Sequence record: MW679410.1
Reading direction: 5' to 3' (one strand)
DNA length: 64,000 bases
DNA from: Escherichia phage C6
Made by a program: the position numbers and the translations under genes. The notes below the pieces were generated by a model. The model worked only from the letters and a program-made list of their open reading frames with translations. It was not told where the DNA came from and ran no database searches. How positions within the stretch are numbered: position 1 is the first letter of the stretch; each line of letters opens with the position of its first letter. Shown here in pieces: positions 46,292 to 55,278 of this stretch.

Positions 46292-47137
46292 TTAATCCTT
46301 AAGAAGATTTAGGATATCGATATATTTTTGACGTTCAGCCTTAGCTTTAGCATTCAGACCAGAGAGTCGGAAAATCTCATCATCTTGTTGTTGGATTGTA
46401 ACATTCAAGCAAGTAAGCAAATTGCTAAAATACTCGATTTGAGATTGATGCTTCTCATTGCTGCGCACTGGCACAGGTTCCATTTTAGGAGCTTGTTCTG
46501 AATGACTTTTAACTTCATTACCTGGCTTAACAAGTTTAATACGCCAGCCTGTACTGGTATTAACATTATCGAAGGTAAGAATACCGCTACGTTCGAGTTC
46601 GGACAAAGCCAATCGAAGATGGAATTTCCAGTTGTCATATTGACAACCACTAAAAGTTGAAGTAAGATACTCGTTTTCGTTACCCGGTTGGTTGACAATA
46701 TTAAAGATAATCCAATCGCCTGAACCATTAGTCTTAAATGGCATTTGCTTATCTTTACCTAAAGCCAGACGAGCACCCAGTGCTAGTAAACGACGTTGGT
46801 TAGTACGAAGGTCTTTAACAACTTCATCAAATGACATCGCCGGGATTAAACGACCATAGAGGTCGTAGCCTTTGTTATAATTTCTAAGAATAATTCTGGC
46901 GTTAGCACGAGTCAACATACCGGCCCTGTGAAGAGATTTCATGACTCGGTCTTCTAACGTAAACAAACCTTTAGTCTTGTCAAAGATTTTAGTGAATTCA
47001 TCTACAGAAATACAAACTTCAAACTTTTCCCACATCATGGCCAAAACCTTTTCAACCACTTCTTTATTCAGTGGAATACGACCAAATTTAATAACCTTTT
47101 TAACTTCAGAACGAATTTGATTAATTGCCTGTGACAT
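46292..47137 (-). CDS. hypothetical protein (281 aa)
   Basis: ORF. Confidence 0.7.
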   Translation of the reverse strand: MSQAINQIRSEVKKVIKFGRIPLNKEVVEKVLAMMWEKFEVCISVDEFTKIFDKTKGLFTLEDRVMKSLHRAGMLTRANARIILRNYNKGYDLYGRLIPAMSFDEVVKDLRTNQRRLLALGARLALGKDKQMPFKTNGSGDWIIFNIVNQPGNENEYLTSTFSGCQYDNWKFHLRLALSELERSGILTFDNVNTSTGWRIKLVKPGNEVKSHSEQAPKMEPVPVRSNEKHQSQIEYFSNLLTCLNVTIQQQDDEIFRLSGLNAKAKAERQKYIDILNLLKD

Positions 47138-47200
47138 AATAATTTCCTCAGTAAGTAATTAAGAACCTAGAACCATTATACCATCCTTGGTATAAAGCGT

Positions 47201-47725
47201 TTATGCGAGAACCGTCTTTAAACGCTCTTCAAATTTCTGAAGCAGAGCTTGGCGTTCAGCTCGTTGTGATTTGTACTGCTCGATACGACCTGAAGTGAGG
47301 GCGTACTGTTCATTTACTGATTCCCGCATGAATTCAGGAATCTCTTTACAAGCTTTGATTTCGTCAAACTTATCAATAACCGCTTGTTCCTCGGCAATCA
47401 GATTATCGAAATAAGCGATATCAGATTTAACGTTTGCCAGGTCGGATTCGGTAGGCATTAAACGTTTGTTACGTTCAGCTTGATAAGCTTGATTGTTTTC
47501 ACGACTCCAGTAAAGAATACGTTTTTTGTTGGTGTTTTTATAGAGCTCTACAATACCAACTGAATCGATGATAGCAATCCAGTTCCAACGGCTTTTGTAA
47601 ATCTCTCCTCCGGCAACGGTAATCTCATTACCACAAGCAACGTCGTTAAAGAACTTGCTTTGTTTTTCAGATTTGAAATTACCATTATTAAAATTAATCA
47701 GTGAAAAAATATCTTTAGCGTTCAT
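47201..47725 (-). CDS. hypothetical protein (174 aa)
   Basis: ORF preceded by early promoter cassette. Confidence 0.65.
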   Translation of the reverse strand: MNAKDIFSLINFNNGNFKSEKQSKFFNDVACGNEITVAGGEIYKSRWNWIAIIDSVGIVELYKNTNKKRILYWSRENNQAYQAERNKRLMPTESDLANVKSDIAYFDNLIAEEQAVIDKFDEIKACKEIPEFMRESVNEQYALTSGRIEQYKSQRAERQALLQKFEERLKTVLA

Positions 47726-47751
47726 GATAACCTCCAGTAGTTGATAGGTCT

Positions 47752-47780
47752 ATAGTATCATTTCTGCCGGAGATGTAAAC
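47752..47780 (-). promoter_or_regulatory. T4-type early promoter cassette
   Basis: Minus strand GTTTAC-N17-TACTAT plus CTATCAAC leader. Confidence 0.6.
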
Positions 47781-47782
47781 AA

Positions 47783-48124
47783 CTAATAGAAACTTTTTTC
47801 ACCGGCTTGTCCACTAAACCAAGCGGACTGGGTGTTCTCTTTCCGTCGGTGTTCAATACGAATGCGATATTCATTCCTGATGGCGCAGAGTTCACCTCGG
47901 AAGTCGCCTGCCAACTGTACCTGCTTGCGGTCTAGATTTATTAAGGCTTGGGTCTTCGCTGCCAAGAGCAGTCTCCTGTAGTCTCCTTCTTCACAATCAG
48001 TTTTATAAACTTTATTAGTATATCCGTCGATAAGTTCTTTATCATAGTCCTCGACAGATTGTTTCATAGCTTTGGAAAAAGTCTGACCTGCATTAAAAAG
48101 ATTGTAAATAAATTGTTCGAACAT
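47783..48124 (-). CDS. hypothetical protein (113 aa)
   Basis: ORF. Confidence 0.55.
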   Translation of the reverse strand: MFEQFIYNLFNAGQTFSKAMKQSVEDYDKELIDGYTNKVYKTDCEEGDYRRLLLAAKTQALINLDRKQVQLAGDFRGELCAIRNEYRIRIEHRRKENTQSAWFSGQAGEKSFY

Positions 48125-48134
48125 AATTTCACCT

Positions 48135-49115
48135 TTATTTCAGAAGGGTAACTTCAGCGATTTCGTTCCAGTCATTTTTATCGGTGGCAATGAAGTCCGC
48201 CAGATAAAGAGCTGTACGTAATGATACGTTACGAAGACGAGATACATTAGCCTTCATCCATGCTAAAGCTTGATAAGTCTCAGCATCAGTCAGACCTCGA
48301 TTTTGCATCATATCAGTGGACAGGATAACGTCTTCAACACGAACCATAATCTCTTCGTTAGAGTGAACTCCGAGGTCTAAGTAAACTGAACGAGATACTA
48401 AAGCCTGGAGGTGTGGAGCAAGTTTAGTTCCACGCTCTAATTCACGGTCGATATCAACGTTGGTGATGAACACGATGGTGCCTTCGTATTCGAATTCTTT
48501 ATCGATGTTTTTGTCATCGAGATAAGAACTTGAAGTGCTCCAGCACACCTTACGTTTTTCACCGGTATCCAATGCTGCTTTTAACAGGTTCAGGATATCC
48601 ATATCAGAGAATACATCAACATCATCGATAAGAAGAACACTATTAGGGCCGCGGTTATTCCAAAGCTGCTCGTAAAGACCGATTCCACTAATCTTTCCGT
48701 TGATTGATTTATATTCGATAGTTTCATTTTCGTGGGCATTCTGTAATGCTTTATCCAAAGAATACGTTTTACCAATACCTGCGGCACCAGAGATGATAAG
48801 GGAACGAATTTTACCATCGATGATTCCGTTAGTCATCATGTTCATTACTTTAAAACGTTTGTTGATGCGATGTTTCATTTCTTCAGAGGATTCAGTAACA
48901 ACTGCAGGAGCTTCAGCACCTTCCATTTCAACGTCACATTTGAACACCCATACACCACGTTCAACACCATCAATCTGTACGAATACCTTGCCATCACCGA
49001 GGTGAGCTTCGGATTCATGAATTTTATTAGGGAACCAGGTTTTACCTGAACTCATGAACGTACCAGAGATTTCATTACCGCGATAGATACCTTTGTTGAT
49101 TTTGATAGTTAACAT
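48135..49115 (-). CDS. AAA-type P-loop ATPase
   Basis: Start set at MLTIKINKG with GGAG SD; Walker A GAAGIGKT; Walker B-like LLIDDVD. Confidence 0.7.
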   Translation of the reverse strand: MLTIKINKGIYRGNEISGTFMSSGKTWFPNKIHESEAHLGDGKVFVQIDGVERGVWVFKCDVEMEGAEAPAVVTESSEEMKHRINKRFKVMNMMTNGIIDGKIRSLIISGAAGIGKTYSLDKALQNAHENETIEYKSINGKISGIGLYEQLWNNRGPNSVLLIDDVDVFSDMDILNLLKAALDTGEKRKVCWSTSSSYLDDKNIDKEFEYEGTIVFITNVDIDRELERGTKLAPHLQALVSRSVYLDLGVHSNEEIMVRVEDVILSTDMMQNRGLTDAETYQALAWMKANVSRLRNVSLRTALYLADFIATDKNDWNEIAEVTLLK

Positions 49116-49152
49116 TATATTCTCCATTTCACTCAGTAGATTTGATAGGTCC

Positions 49153-49181
49153 ATAATAACATGCTCTACGAGGTTGTAAAC
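49153..49181 (-). promoter_or_regulatory. T4-type early promoter cassette
   Basis: Minus strand GTTTAC-N17-TATTAT; divergent from the plus-strand late promoter. Confidence 0.55.
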
Positions 49182-49187
49182 TACTTT

Positions 49188-49195
49188 TATAAATA
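49188..49195 (+). promoter_or_regulatory. T4-type late promoter TATAAATA
   Basis: Exact TATAAATA on the plus strand 22 nt upstream of the ATG at 49218, followed by AAGGAG SD. Confidence 0.6.
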
Positions 49196-49217
49196 TTTTA
49201 TTTAAAGGAGAAGGTTT

Positions 49218-49973
49218 ATGATTATATCAGCAAAAACCATCGATGAATTGAACGAGAAGGTCCAGTTAGCATTAGACGATAACTGGCATCTTTTTGGTTC
49301 AACGGTAGTCCTTCCTAATACTGTAACTGATAACAGCGAACGATTCTTTCAAACGATGTCAAAATCAGTTACCCAGATTCCAGGACCTCCTGGACAAAAA
49401 GGTGATAAAGGTGACCCCGGAAATCCTGGCGACCCGGGAGTTCAAGGTGAACCAGGAAAGTCTTCATACCAATTATGGATTGATGAAGGTAATAGTGGAA
49501 CAGTAGATGATTTTTTGACTGCAATAGCAGGAAAGAGAAGAAAATCAGAAGTGTTTTGGAGTGGTATAAACGTTCTATTAACTAATGGTGCGACTTCAAA
49601 CATAATTAGTATTTTAAAGGGGATTCCGCCGACAGCAGGGACTCTATCTCCGTTTTTTAGAACTGCTGATGATAAGATGTGGCCATATAACCAAGACAGA
49701 AGCCTAATGTTTAAACTCAACCTTATTGGTAATTTTACAGGAGTCTCGCAAGCTCGAAGTATAACATTAAATTTCGTTGGAACCAACGGAAACACCTATA
49801 CACAGAACCGTCCAGAAAATGCTACAGATATTTTGTCTTTTACGACGTTCTTTAGCATTGATAAAGATGGGGCAATGGCAACCAATGGTACAGCTATAAC
49901 TGTTACGCCAAATGGCGGCAACTTTACAATAACCTCTGCATTGTTAGTAGCTGAACAAACAGTGACTTCATAA
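49218..49973 (+). CDS. collagen-repeat protein (251 aa), probable late/virion-associated
   Basis: Plus-strand ORF; nine Gly-X-Y triplets (GPPGQKGDKGDPGNPGDPGVQGEPGKS); Asn/Thr/Gly-rich beta-type C-terminal domain; own late promoter and terminator. Confidence 0.75.
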   Translation: MIISAKTIDELNEKVQLALDDNWHLFGSTVVLPNTVTDNSERFFQTMSKSVTQIPGPPGQKGDKGDPGNPGDPGVQGEPGKSSYQLWIDEGNSGTVDDFLTAIAGKRRKSEVFWSGINVLLTNGATSNIISILKGIPPTAGTLSPFFRTADDKMWPYNQDRSLMFKLNLIGNFTGVSQARSITLNFVGTNGNTYTQNRPENATDILSFTTFFSIDKDGAMATNGTAITVTPNGGNFTITSALLVAEQTVTS

Positions 49974-49980
49974 ACAAAAA

Positions 49981-49998
49981 AAGGGCCATATGGCCCTT
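49981..49998. terminator. bidirectional stem-loop terminator
   Basis: AAGGGCC-AUAU-GGCCCUU palindrome; U-run on the minus-strand side, A-run on the plus side; sits between convergent genes. Confidence 0.6.
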
Positions 49999-50236
49999 AG
50001 ATTGCACTCCAAAAATTATGGAATCTTATAGTATTGATAGCCCAGTTAACAAACCTGCGAGTTTGTTTGGGAGTTGGTTTACATACATATTTGACATTGA
50101 CTCGGCGTCCGGTTTCTTTACAGACGGCTTCAAGATACCAACGTCGAGTTTTATGAGGTCTTCCATACGATAGAAAGACGTTAATTTCTTCTTTAGCGGT
50201 AATAAGCGTTGTGGTTGTCAAGGTACACCTCTTCAA
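49997..50236 (-). CDS. hypothetical basic protein (79 aa)
   Basis: ORF. Confidence 0.5.
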   Translation of the reverse strand: MKRCTLTTTTLITAKEEINVFLSYGRPHKTRRWYLEAVCKETGRRVNVKYVCKPTPKQTRRFVNWAINTIRFHNFWSAI

Positions 50237-51203
50237 CGAACTTGTCCCAGAACTTCATATCTACCTTATCAGGCATACCATTCTTAGCGGCCCAGATAGC
50301 ATTAGTTTCGACTTCATCAACGATAGCTTCAAGTTCGGCCTGTACATCTTTAAAAGCATGAAGCCCTTGTTTGATTTCAAGGATAAACGGTGCTGTACGT
50401 AAAGGATATTGGAGGTCGCCTGTTTGATAGATTTCCTTCAACTGATAACCAGCACGATAAGCGTGGCTCAGAGCTTTCCAGTCAATACCTTCATTAGCTT
50501 CAGCTTTACGAGCACGTTCACCGTATTCCGCATCGAGCTTATTCAGAGATTGCTTGAGCTCGATTAATGACAGAGTGGTTTGGTATTTACGTCCGAGAAC
50601 AGTATAGAACGTTTGAGGTCCGGTTTTCTCATGGTTATGGAATACCCATTCACAGAACTCATTTTCAGGGAGTCGATGTTTGATATCTTCTACCTTAGTG
50701 CGACGTTGCTTAGTCGAACCGTCTTCTTGATAATCGACCCACTGTTCAGGAATCTGGTTAACAATAGCCAGTACACCACGCAGAGCAGCCAGTCGAGAAC
50801 CCTTAACGCCATATTTAGAAGCTTGCTTACGGACGTACCCTAAATAGGCTTTCATGTTGGTTGTATAGAACAGAGAACGGTTGCCTTGGATAAATTTCCA
50901 TACATCAGGTAAATCAGATTTAACCACCATTTCAGGTGGAGTGTGAATCATATCCAGAGCAACGGTTTCGCCTTCAGCCGCTAGTTTAAAGAAATATTTC
51001 AGACTGTAAAGCTCGTGGTCAACATCATCTTTAGTGTTTTTGGAAGCGGTGTTATTCGTATTCAGGTTGGTATGGTTCATAGCCGTACCTAACAGAATAT
51101 CACGCGGATGTGGAACAAAGATTTCTTTAAAATCGACATCAGATTCCGGAGTACTTGTTCCGTAAAGATGGCTACCGAAGTAGCCTTTCATAACTGTTCT
51201 CAT
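50193..51203 (-). CDS. polymerase-beta-superfamily nucleotidyltransferase (336 aa)
   Basis: N-terminal GSHLYGTSTPESDVDF matches the G[SG]x(9-13)DxD minimal NTase motif. Confidence 0.65.
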   Translation of the reverse strand: MRTVMKGYFGSHLYGTSTPESDVDFKEIFVPHPRDILLGTAMNHTNLNTNNTASKNTKDDVDHELYSLKYFFKLAAEGETVALDMIHTPPEMVVKSDLPDVWKFIQGNRSLFYTTNMKAYLGYVRKQASKYGVKGSRLAALRGVLAIVNQIPEQWVDYQEDGSTKQRRTKVEDIKHRLPENEFCEWVFHNHEKTGPQTFYTVLGRKYQTTLSLIELKQSLNKLDAEYGERARKAEANEGIDWKALSHAYRAGYQLKEIYQTGDLQYPLRTAPFILEIKQGLHAFKDVQAELEAIVDEVETNAIWAAKNGMPDKVDMKFWDKFVEEVYLDNHNAYYR

Positions 51204-51652
51204 TCTTTGTCCTCGAAGTGGATTACCGGACAGACCTTAGATTTACGAGCTTTGATATATTGAATAACGATATTTTCTTTAATTTCCTTTCCTTCACGTT
51301 TAGCTTTAATTAGTTGCCATTCCTTTTCTTCTTTACGTAAATCATACCAGGCCCATAAACTCATTATACAATACACAATACCAACGGCTACCGCTAGAAT
51401 AAGAGCCAGTGTAACCAGTCCTAAAATAAAACCCAAACCCAAACCAACAGGAGTACTCAATACAAAGAACTGCTCCAATATACCGGCACCTGCAACAGTT
51501 AAGCCGAAAATAGTACTACCTGCAAGCACAGAACACATAAAGAACACCCAAACCATTTTCCAGAAGTATGCGCATAATGAGCGCGGACGTGAATAACTGG
51601 CATAAAAACGGTCATGTAGTTTAACGTGCCAAGAGTTTGTATTGATAATCAT
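51200..51652 (-). CDS. membrane protein (150 aa)
   Basis: Three predicted TM helices; stop overlaps NTase start. Confidence 0.6.
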   Translation of the reverse strand: MIINTNSWHVKLHDRFYASYSRPRSLCAYFWKMVWVFFMCSVLAGSTIFGLTVAGAGILEQFFVLSTPVGLGLGFILGLVTLALILAVAVGIVYCIMSLWAWYDLRKEEKEWQLIKAKREGKEIKENIVIQYIKARKSKVCPVIHFEDKE

Positions 51653-51662
51653 AATATTTTCC

Positions 51663-52223
51663 TTAAGAGTTCATAGTTGGGATAACAGAGTTCAGATAAG
51701 AGACTAAAACTTTTAGCTCGTCCTTAGTAAATACCACTTCATTTTCACCGTCGTGTCTTTGGGTCAAGGATAGCAAATCACGACCCTGATGTTGATACAC
51801 GGTTAATTCAGTATCGTAATCCAGTTCTTCTTCATCACCTTCAAAGGTTTCACTAGAACGAATCACAGCATCTTGGCCTGGGACTTTCCATTCAACTTCT
51901 GGATGGCATTCTTCCTGGAACAGTTTAAAAATACATTTAAAGAAATTAGCAGAATCACTAATGCTTAGACATTCCCCATCCGTTTCCAAATTAAACCCGT
52001 TGTCATGGTTATAAATCTGGGCCCACATATCATCGTTAATATTAAATACACCTCTAAAACTACCCTTAAGATATTCATGTTTGTCCAAAACCTTTAAATC
52101 GTAAAGTGGTTTGATATCTTGGATAGTCAGTACGATTTTATCGTCTTCTTGTGAAAGCACAATTGCATTATCAACTACTTCAGCGGTCAGGTCACCAAAC
52201 AGCCCAGATGTTTCAATAATCAT
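51663..52223 (-). CDS. hypothetical acidic protein (186 aa)
   Basis: ORF. Confidence 0.65.
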   Translation of the reverse strand: MIIETSGLFGDLTAEVVDNAIVLSQEDDKIVLTIQDIKPLYDLKVLDKHEYLKGSFRGVFNINDDMWAQIYNHDNGFNLETDGECLSISDSANFFKCIFKLFQEECHPEVEWKVPGQDAVIRSSETFEGDEEELDYDTELTVYQHQGRDLLSLTQRHDGENEVVFTKDELKVLVSYLNSVIPTMNS

Positions 52224-52233
52224 TTTCTGTTCC

Positions 52234-52416
52234 TCATTTCACATTTTGTTTAATAAAATTTAACAACTCTTTAAGAGCTTCATCTTCTTCTTTAGAAAGC
52301 CTGCTGCATTCACTAGCTGGGTAATCATTGCAAAACGCAGTTTCAAATCTAGCAACTGTACCTGCATAGGCCTCGATAAGCTCTTCAAGCTTTAAATGCT
52401 TTTCTTCGGTTTTCAT
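52234..52416 (-). CDS. hypothetical protein (60 aa)
   Basis: ORF. Confidence 0.45.
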   Translation of the reverse strand: MKTEEKHLKLEELIEAYAGTVARFETAFCNDYPASECSRLSKEEDEALKELLNFIKQNVK

Positions 52417-52419
52417 AAA

Positions 52420-52692
52420 TCACCGGTTATGTTTTAAAATACTATAAAGCTCTTCGACCTGGCTCGCATTCAGACAAATCATATCATTTTCTTGTTGGAG
52501 CGTAATTCCACCTTTTTCTTCCCAATCTTTAACAAAGATGTCATCGTCAGATTCTTCAACATCTGCCAAGAGGACAATAATACCATCTTCAGAATTACCA
52601 CTCGGATCATATAACATTACAGTTTCCTCGCTAACCATGAAAAGAATAAACCAATTAAAACGGGCCCTACAACCATTGTTAACCAAGCCCAA
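52420..52692 (-). CDS. hypothetical protein (90 aa)
   Basis: ORF. Confidence 0.5.
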   Translation of the reverse strand: MGLVNNGCRARFNWFILFMVSEETVMLYDPSGNSEDGIIVLLADVEESDDDIFVKDWEEKGGITLQQENDMICLNASQVEELYSILKHNR

Positions 52693-52737
52693 GGTTCAAG
52701 ATAGTAAATCATCTTCATGCTCCTGTGCCATCGGCCA

Positions 52738-52920
52738 TTATGCTTTCAACTCATTAAGATACTCAACCAAGGCCGCTTTAGAGTTAGCCAAATCTCGTTT
52801 ACACTGCTCTATTCCGGAATATGAATAGCCTTCGCAATGTTCTACTGCAATATCATAAGAATCCCGTTCAATAGCAGTGGCTAGTTTAAGGATTTGTTCA
52901 ATCTGTTCAGTAGTTAACAT
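52738..52920 (-). CDS. hypothetical protein (60 aa)
   Basis: ORF. Confidence 0.45.
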   Translation of the reverse strand: MLTTEQIEQILKLATAIERDSYDIAVEHCEGYSYSGIEQCKRDLANSKAALVEYLNELKA

Positions 52921-52924
52921 AATA

Positions 52925-53161
52925 TCACCAGTATTTGTTGATGGTAGAAATTAATTCTTGGACCTGGGCTGTATTCAGTTTACACCCACAACCCTTTAAT
53001 GTGTCTTTAAGGAGCCACGGTTCCTTGAGCTCGTCCTTTTCCAGACGAATTCTGTATCCTCGATAATCGGCAAAGATACTTCGGTCGTCGAATATCTTAA
53101 TCTCAAGGATACGACCGTTGATTTCATATTCTAATGAAACCGTAGTACTTGCAAGTTTCAT
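52925..53161 (-). CDS. hypothetical protein (78 aa)
   Basis: ORF preceded by early promoter cassette. Confidence 0.5.
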   Translation of the reverse strand: MKLASTTVSLEYEINGRILEIKIFDDRSIFADYRGYRIRLEKDELKEPWLLKDTLKGCGCKLNTAQVQELISTINKYW

Positions 53162-53188
53162 ACTGTTTTCCTCATTAGTTGATAGGTC

Positions 53189-53217
53189 TATAGTATCATG
53201 TTCCTAGAGGATGTAAA
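53189..53217 (-). promoter_or_regulatory. T4-type early promoter cassette
   Basis: Minus strand GTTTAC-N17-TACTAT plus CTATCAAC leader. Confidence 0.6.
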
Positions 53218-53232
53218 CACTAAAAATGAAAA

Positions 53233-53256
53233 AAGGTCCCACCGAAGTGAGACCTT
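53233..53256 (-). terminator. stem-loop terminator
   Basis: Minus-strand AAGGUC...UUCG...GACCUU hairpin followed by UUUUUUCAUUUUU. Confidence 0.6.
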
Positions 53257-53259
53257 TGA

Positions 53260-53643
53260 TTATTCTAACGTCAGCAAATACTTAGTCTGGTAAAAGACGC
53301 CAGTGATATCGTCCAAAGTCGACTGGATGGCCTTAGGAAGGGTGTCATAGATTTTATCAGATGCTTTAAGAAGCTCGTCAAGAAAATCTACCGGGTCCTT
53401 AGGCAAGTCTGAAGCAGACGGTAATGATGCTTTATATTCTTTGCCACTGAATCCAAGATATTGCTCACTAAATTGGTCCAGAGGTCCTTGAACTTCTACA
53501 TAATAGAAGTCATACGCTTTGTGTCTTGCATAGCTTTTGGTTTCTAAATGGGCTGACTTAAAATAGGCTAAAGAAACCAGTAGCCAACCAATATAAGAAT
53601 CCACTTCAGACCCTCGACCGGGTACGAAATCATTGAACTTCAT
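53260..53643 (-). CDS. hypothetical protein (127 aa)
   Basis: ORF. Confidence 0.55.
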   Translation of the reverse strand: MKFNDFVPGRGSEVDSYIGWLLVSLAYFKSAHLETKSYARHKAYDFYYVEVQGPLDQFSEQYLGFSGKEYKASLPSASDLPKDPVDFLDELLKASDKIYDTLPKAIQSTLDDITGVFYQTKYLLTLE

Positions 53644-53923
53644 CTTCCACCTTCATTAGTTTTACATAACGCTCTCCGATGGCGCGACCTTCAATTGAGC
53701 ATGCTTCTATAGTCCGACAACTTGAATTCTTCCAGGAAGCCGTAACATAGGCCCAATAGTCTTCGGAGGCCTTTACGCTAGGTCTACTCATTTGCGCATA
53801 AACAGGCATCGCACTACTAGCAAACGCGTCCATCAATTTATCATTGGTATCATTTGCTAGTGAAACTGAAGGGCCTAAACATCCCGCCATAAGGATACAA
53901 GCCGCTGTACGGAAAATATCCAT
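53630..53923 (-). CDS. rI: RI-like lysis-inhibition antiholin (signal-anchored periplasmic protein)
   Basis: 97 aa, N-terminal signal/anchor; same length as T4 RI and in the same position two genes upstream of tk. Confidence 0.5.
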   Translation of the reverse strand: MDIFRTAACILMAGCLGPSVSLANDTNDKLMDAFASSAMPVYAQMSRPSVKASEDYWAYVTASWKNSSCRTIEACSIEGRAIGERYVKLMKVEDEVQ

Positions 53924-54015
53924 ACAAATGTCCTTTGTTGTTTTATACTATTTGCCTTTCGGCCTTAACCGATAGCGATTACCAAAAGCTAAAGCTCTAC
54001 GGTTAGTATTATTAT

Positions 54016-54294
54016 TTATAGCTTTTTAAGCTTACGACAATAAGAATAGAACACGTCGTTAAAATTATATTCAACCCAATTCCTCTGTATAGGCGAGGTA
54101 ATGGAAAGCATATAATGCGCTTTAATTAAATCCATCCCATTTTTATTAGGACACTCTTTATTATTAGCATTATACGTCGCTGCTACAACCTCTATCTCTC
54201 TTTTGTAAGCCACACCATCCATGATAGGCAAAAGAACAATATAAGAAATAGCCACAGCGAACGCTAGAATTAAAATCTTTGAATTTAGGTCCAT
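54016..54294 (-). CDS. membrane protein (92 aa)
   Basis: N-terminal TM helix. Confidence 0.5.
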   Translation of the reverse strand: MDLNSKILILAFAVAISYIVLLPIMDGVAYKREIEVVAATYNANNKECPNKNGMDLIKAHYMLSITSPIQRNWVEYNFNDVFYSYCRKLKKL

Positions 54295-54301
54295 AGTACC
54301 C

Positions 54302-54874
54302 TCAACTCGTTATTTCTATCCAGTGCTTCCTGCACAATGACACGTAAGAATCGTTGCCACCTATAGAAACTTGGGCTCCGTCCTTAATTGCGATACCATC
54401 TTGGATACGAGCCGTCATAGTAGCTTTACGGCCGCAATGGCACACACCTTTGTACTCAACGAGTTTATCTGCTGTAGCGAGTAATTCAGCAGAGCCAGGA
54501 AACAGTTTACCCTGAAAATCAGTTCTTAGTCCATAGCACATAACCGGAACATTATAATTGTCTACTATCTTTGCCAGTTGTTTTATCTGTACAGGTTCTA
54601 AGAATTGCGCTTCATCCACAAACACACAGTGGATATCTTTTTGAGATTCAGCCCAACGATAGAACTCGTATAGGTCCATATTCGGAGTCACTGCATTAGC
54701 CTCTTGGCTAATCCCTATACGAGACGAAATGCTATGGCTTGATTCTCTATTGTCTATCGCAGGCTTTAAAAGAAGTACGCCCATACCACGTTCTTTGTAG
54801 TTATGAGCGGCTGTTAGCAATGAAGCAGTCTTTCCAGAATTCATTGCAGCATAGTGAAAATAAAGTTGGGCCAT
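54302..54874 (-). CDS. tk: thymidine kinase
   Basis: 190 aa; Walker A MNSGKTASLL; C-terminal zinc cluster CHCGRKA...CRKH. Confidence 0.9.
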   Translation of the reverse strand: MAQLYFHYAAMNSGKTASLLTAAHNYKERGMGVLLLKPAIDNRESSHSISSRIGISQEANAVTPNMDLYEFYRWAESQKDIHCVFVDEAQFLEPVQIKQLAKIVDNYNVPVMCYGLRTDFQGKLFPGSAELLATADKLVEYKGVCHCGRKATMTARIQDGIAIKDGAQVSIGGNDSYVSLCRKHWIEITS

Positions 54875-54883
54875 ATTACCTTC

Positions 54884-55090
54884 TTAAAGACTATTTACAT
54901 AAGCTATTAATTCATTTTCTTTCTCATCAAATCGATTGGCAAATTCTTCCTGATGTTCGGGAGATAGCGGGCCGTATTCATCATAAAAGGCGTTTGCTTC
55001 TGTATGCTCGTCCAAAAGCTCATGGATAAGCTCAAACAATTTATCTTTCTGTTCTTTACTCAGACTCATAACCATTGCACCTTTAAGCAA
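54884..55090 (-). CDS. hypothetical acidic protein (68 aa)
   Basis: ORF. Confidence 0.5.
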   Translation of the reverse strand: MLKGAMVMSLSKEQKDKLFELIHELLDEHTEANAFYDEYGPLSPEHQEEFANRFDEKENELIAYVNSL

Positions 55091-55278
55091 TATTCTTCTA
55101 CATGCTGTTTACGTTTATTTTTATCTATAAAAGTATATTCAACATATTCACCGATATACCATTTATCGGTGTTGTGTTGACTTTTTATAGGGCATTTAGT
55201 TACTCGGGTTTCGGTCCAGTGTCGAATAATTTCCGCTTTGTTTTTAGGGTCAAACGGATGCGGGTAATGGGCTTTCAT
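55066..55278 (-). CDS. hypothetical protein (70 aa)
   Basis: ORF. Confidence 0.5.
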   Translation of the reverse strand: MKAHYPHPFDPKNKAEIIRHWTETRVTKCPIKSQHNTDKWYIGEYVEYTFIDKNKRKQHVEEYCLKVQWL

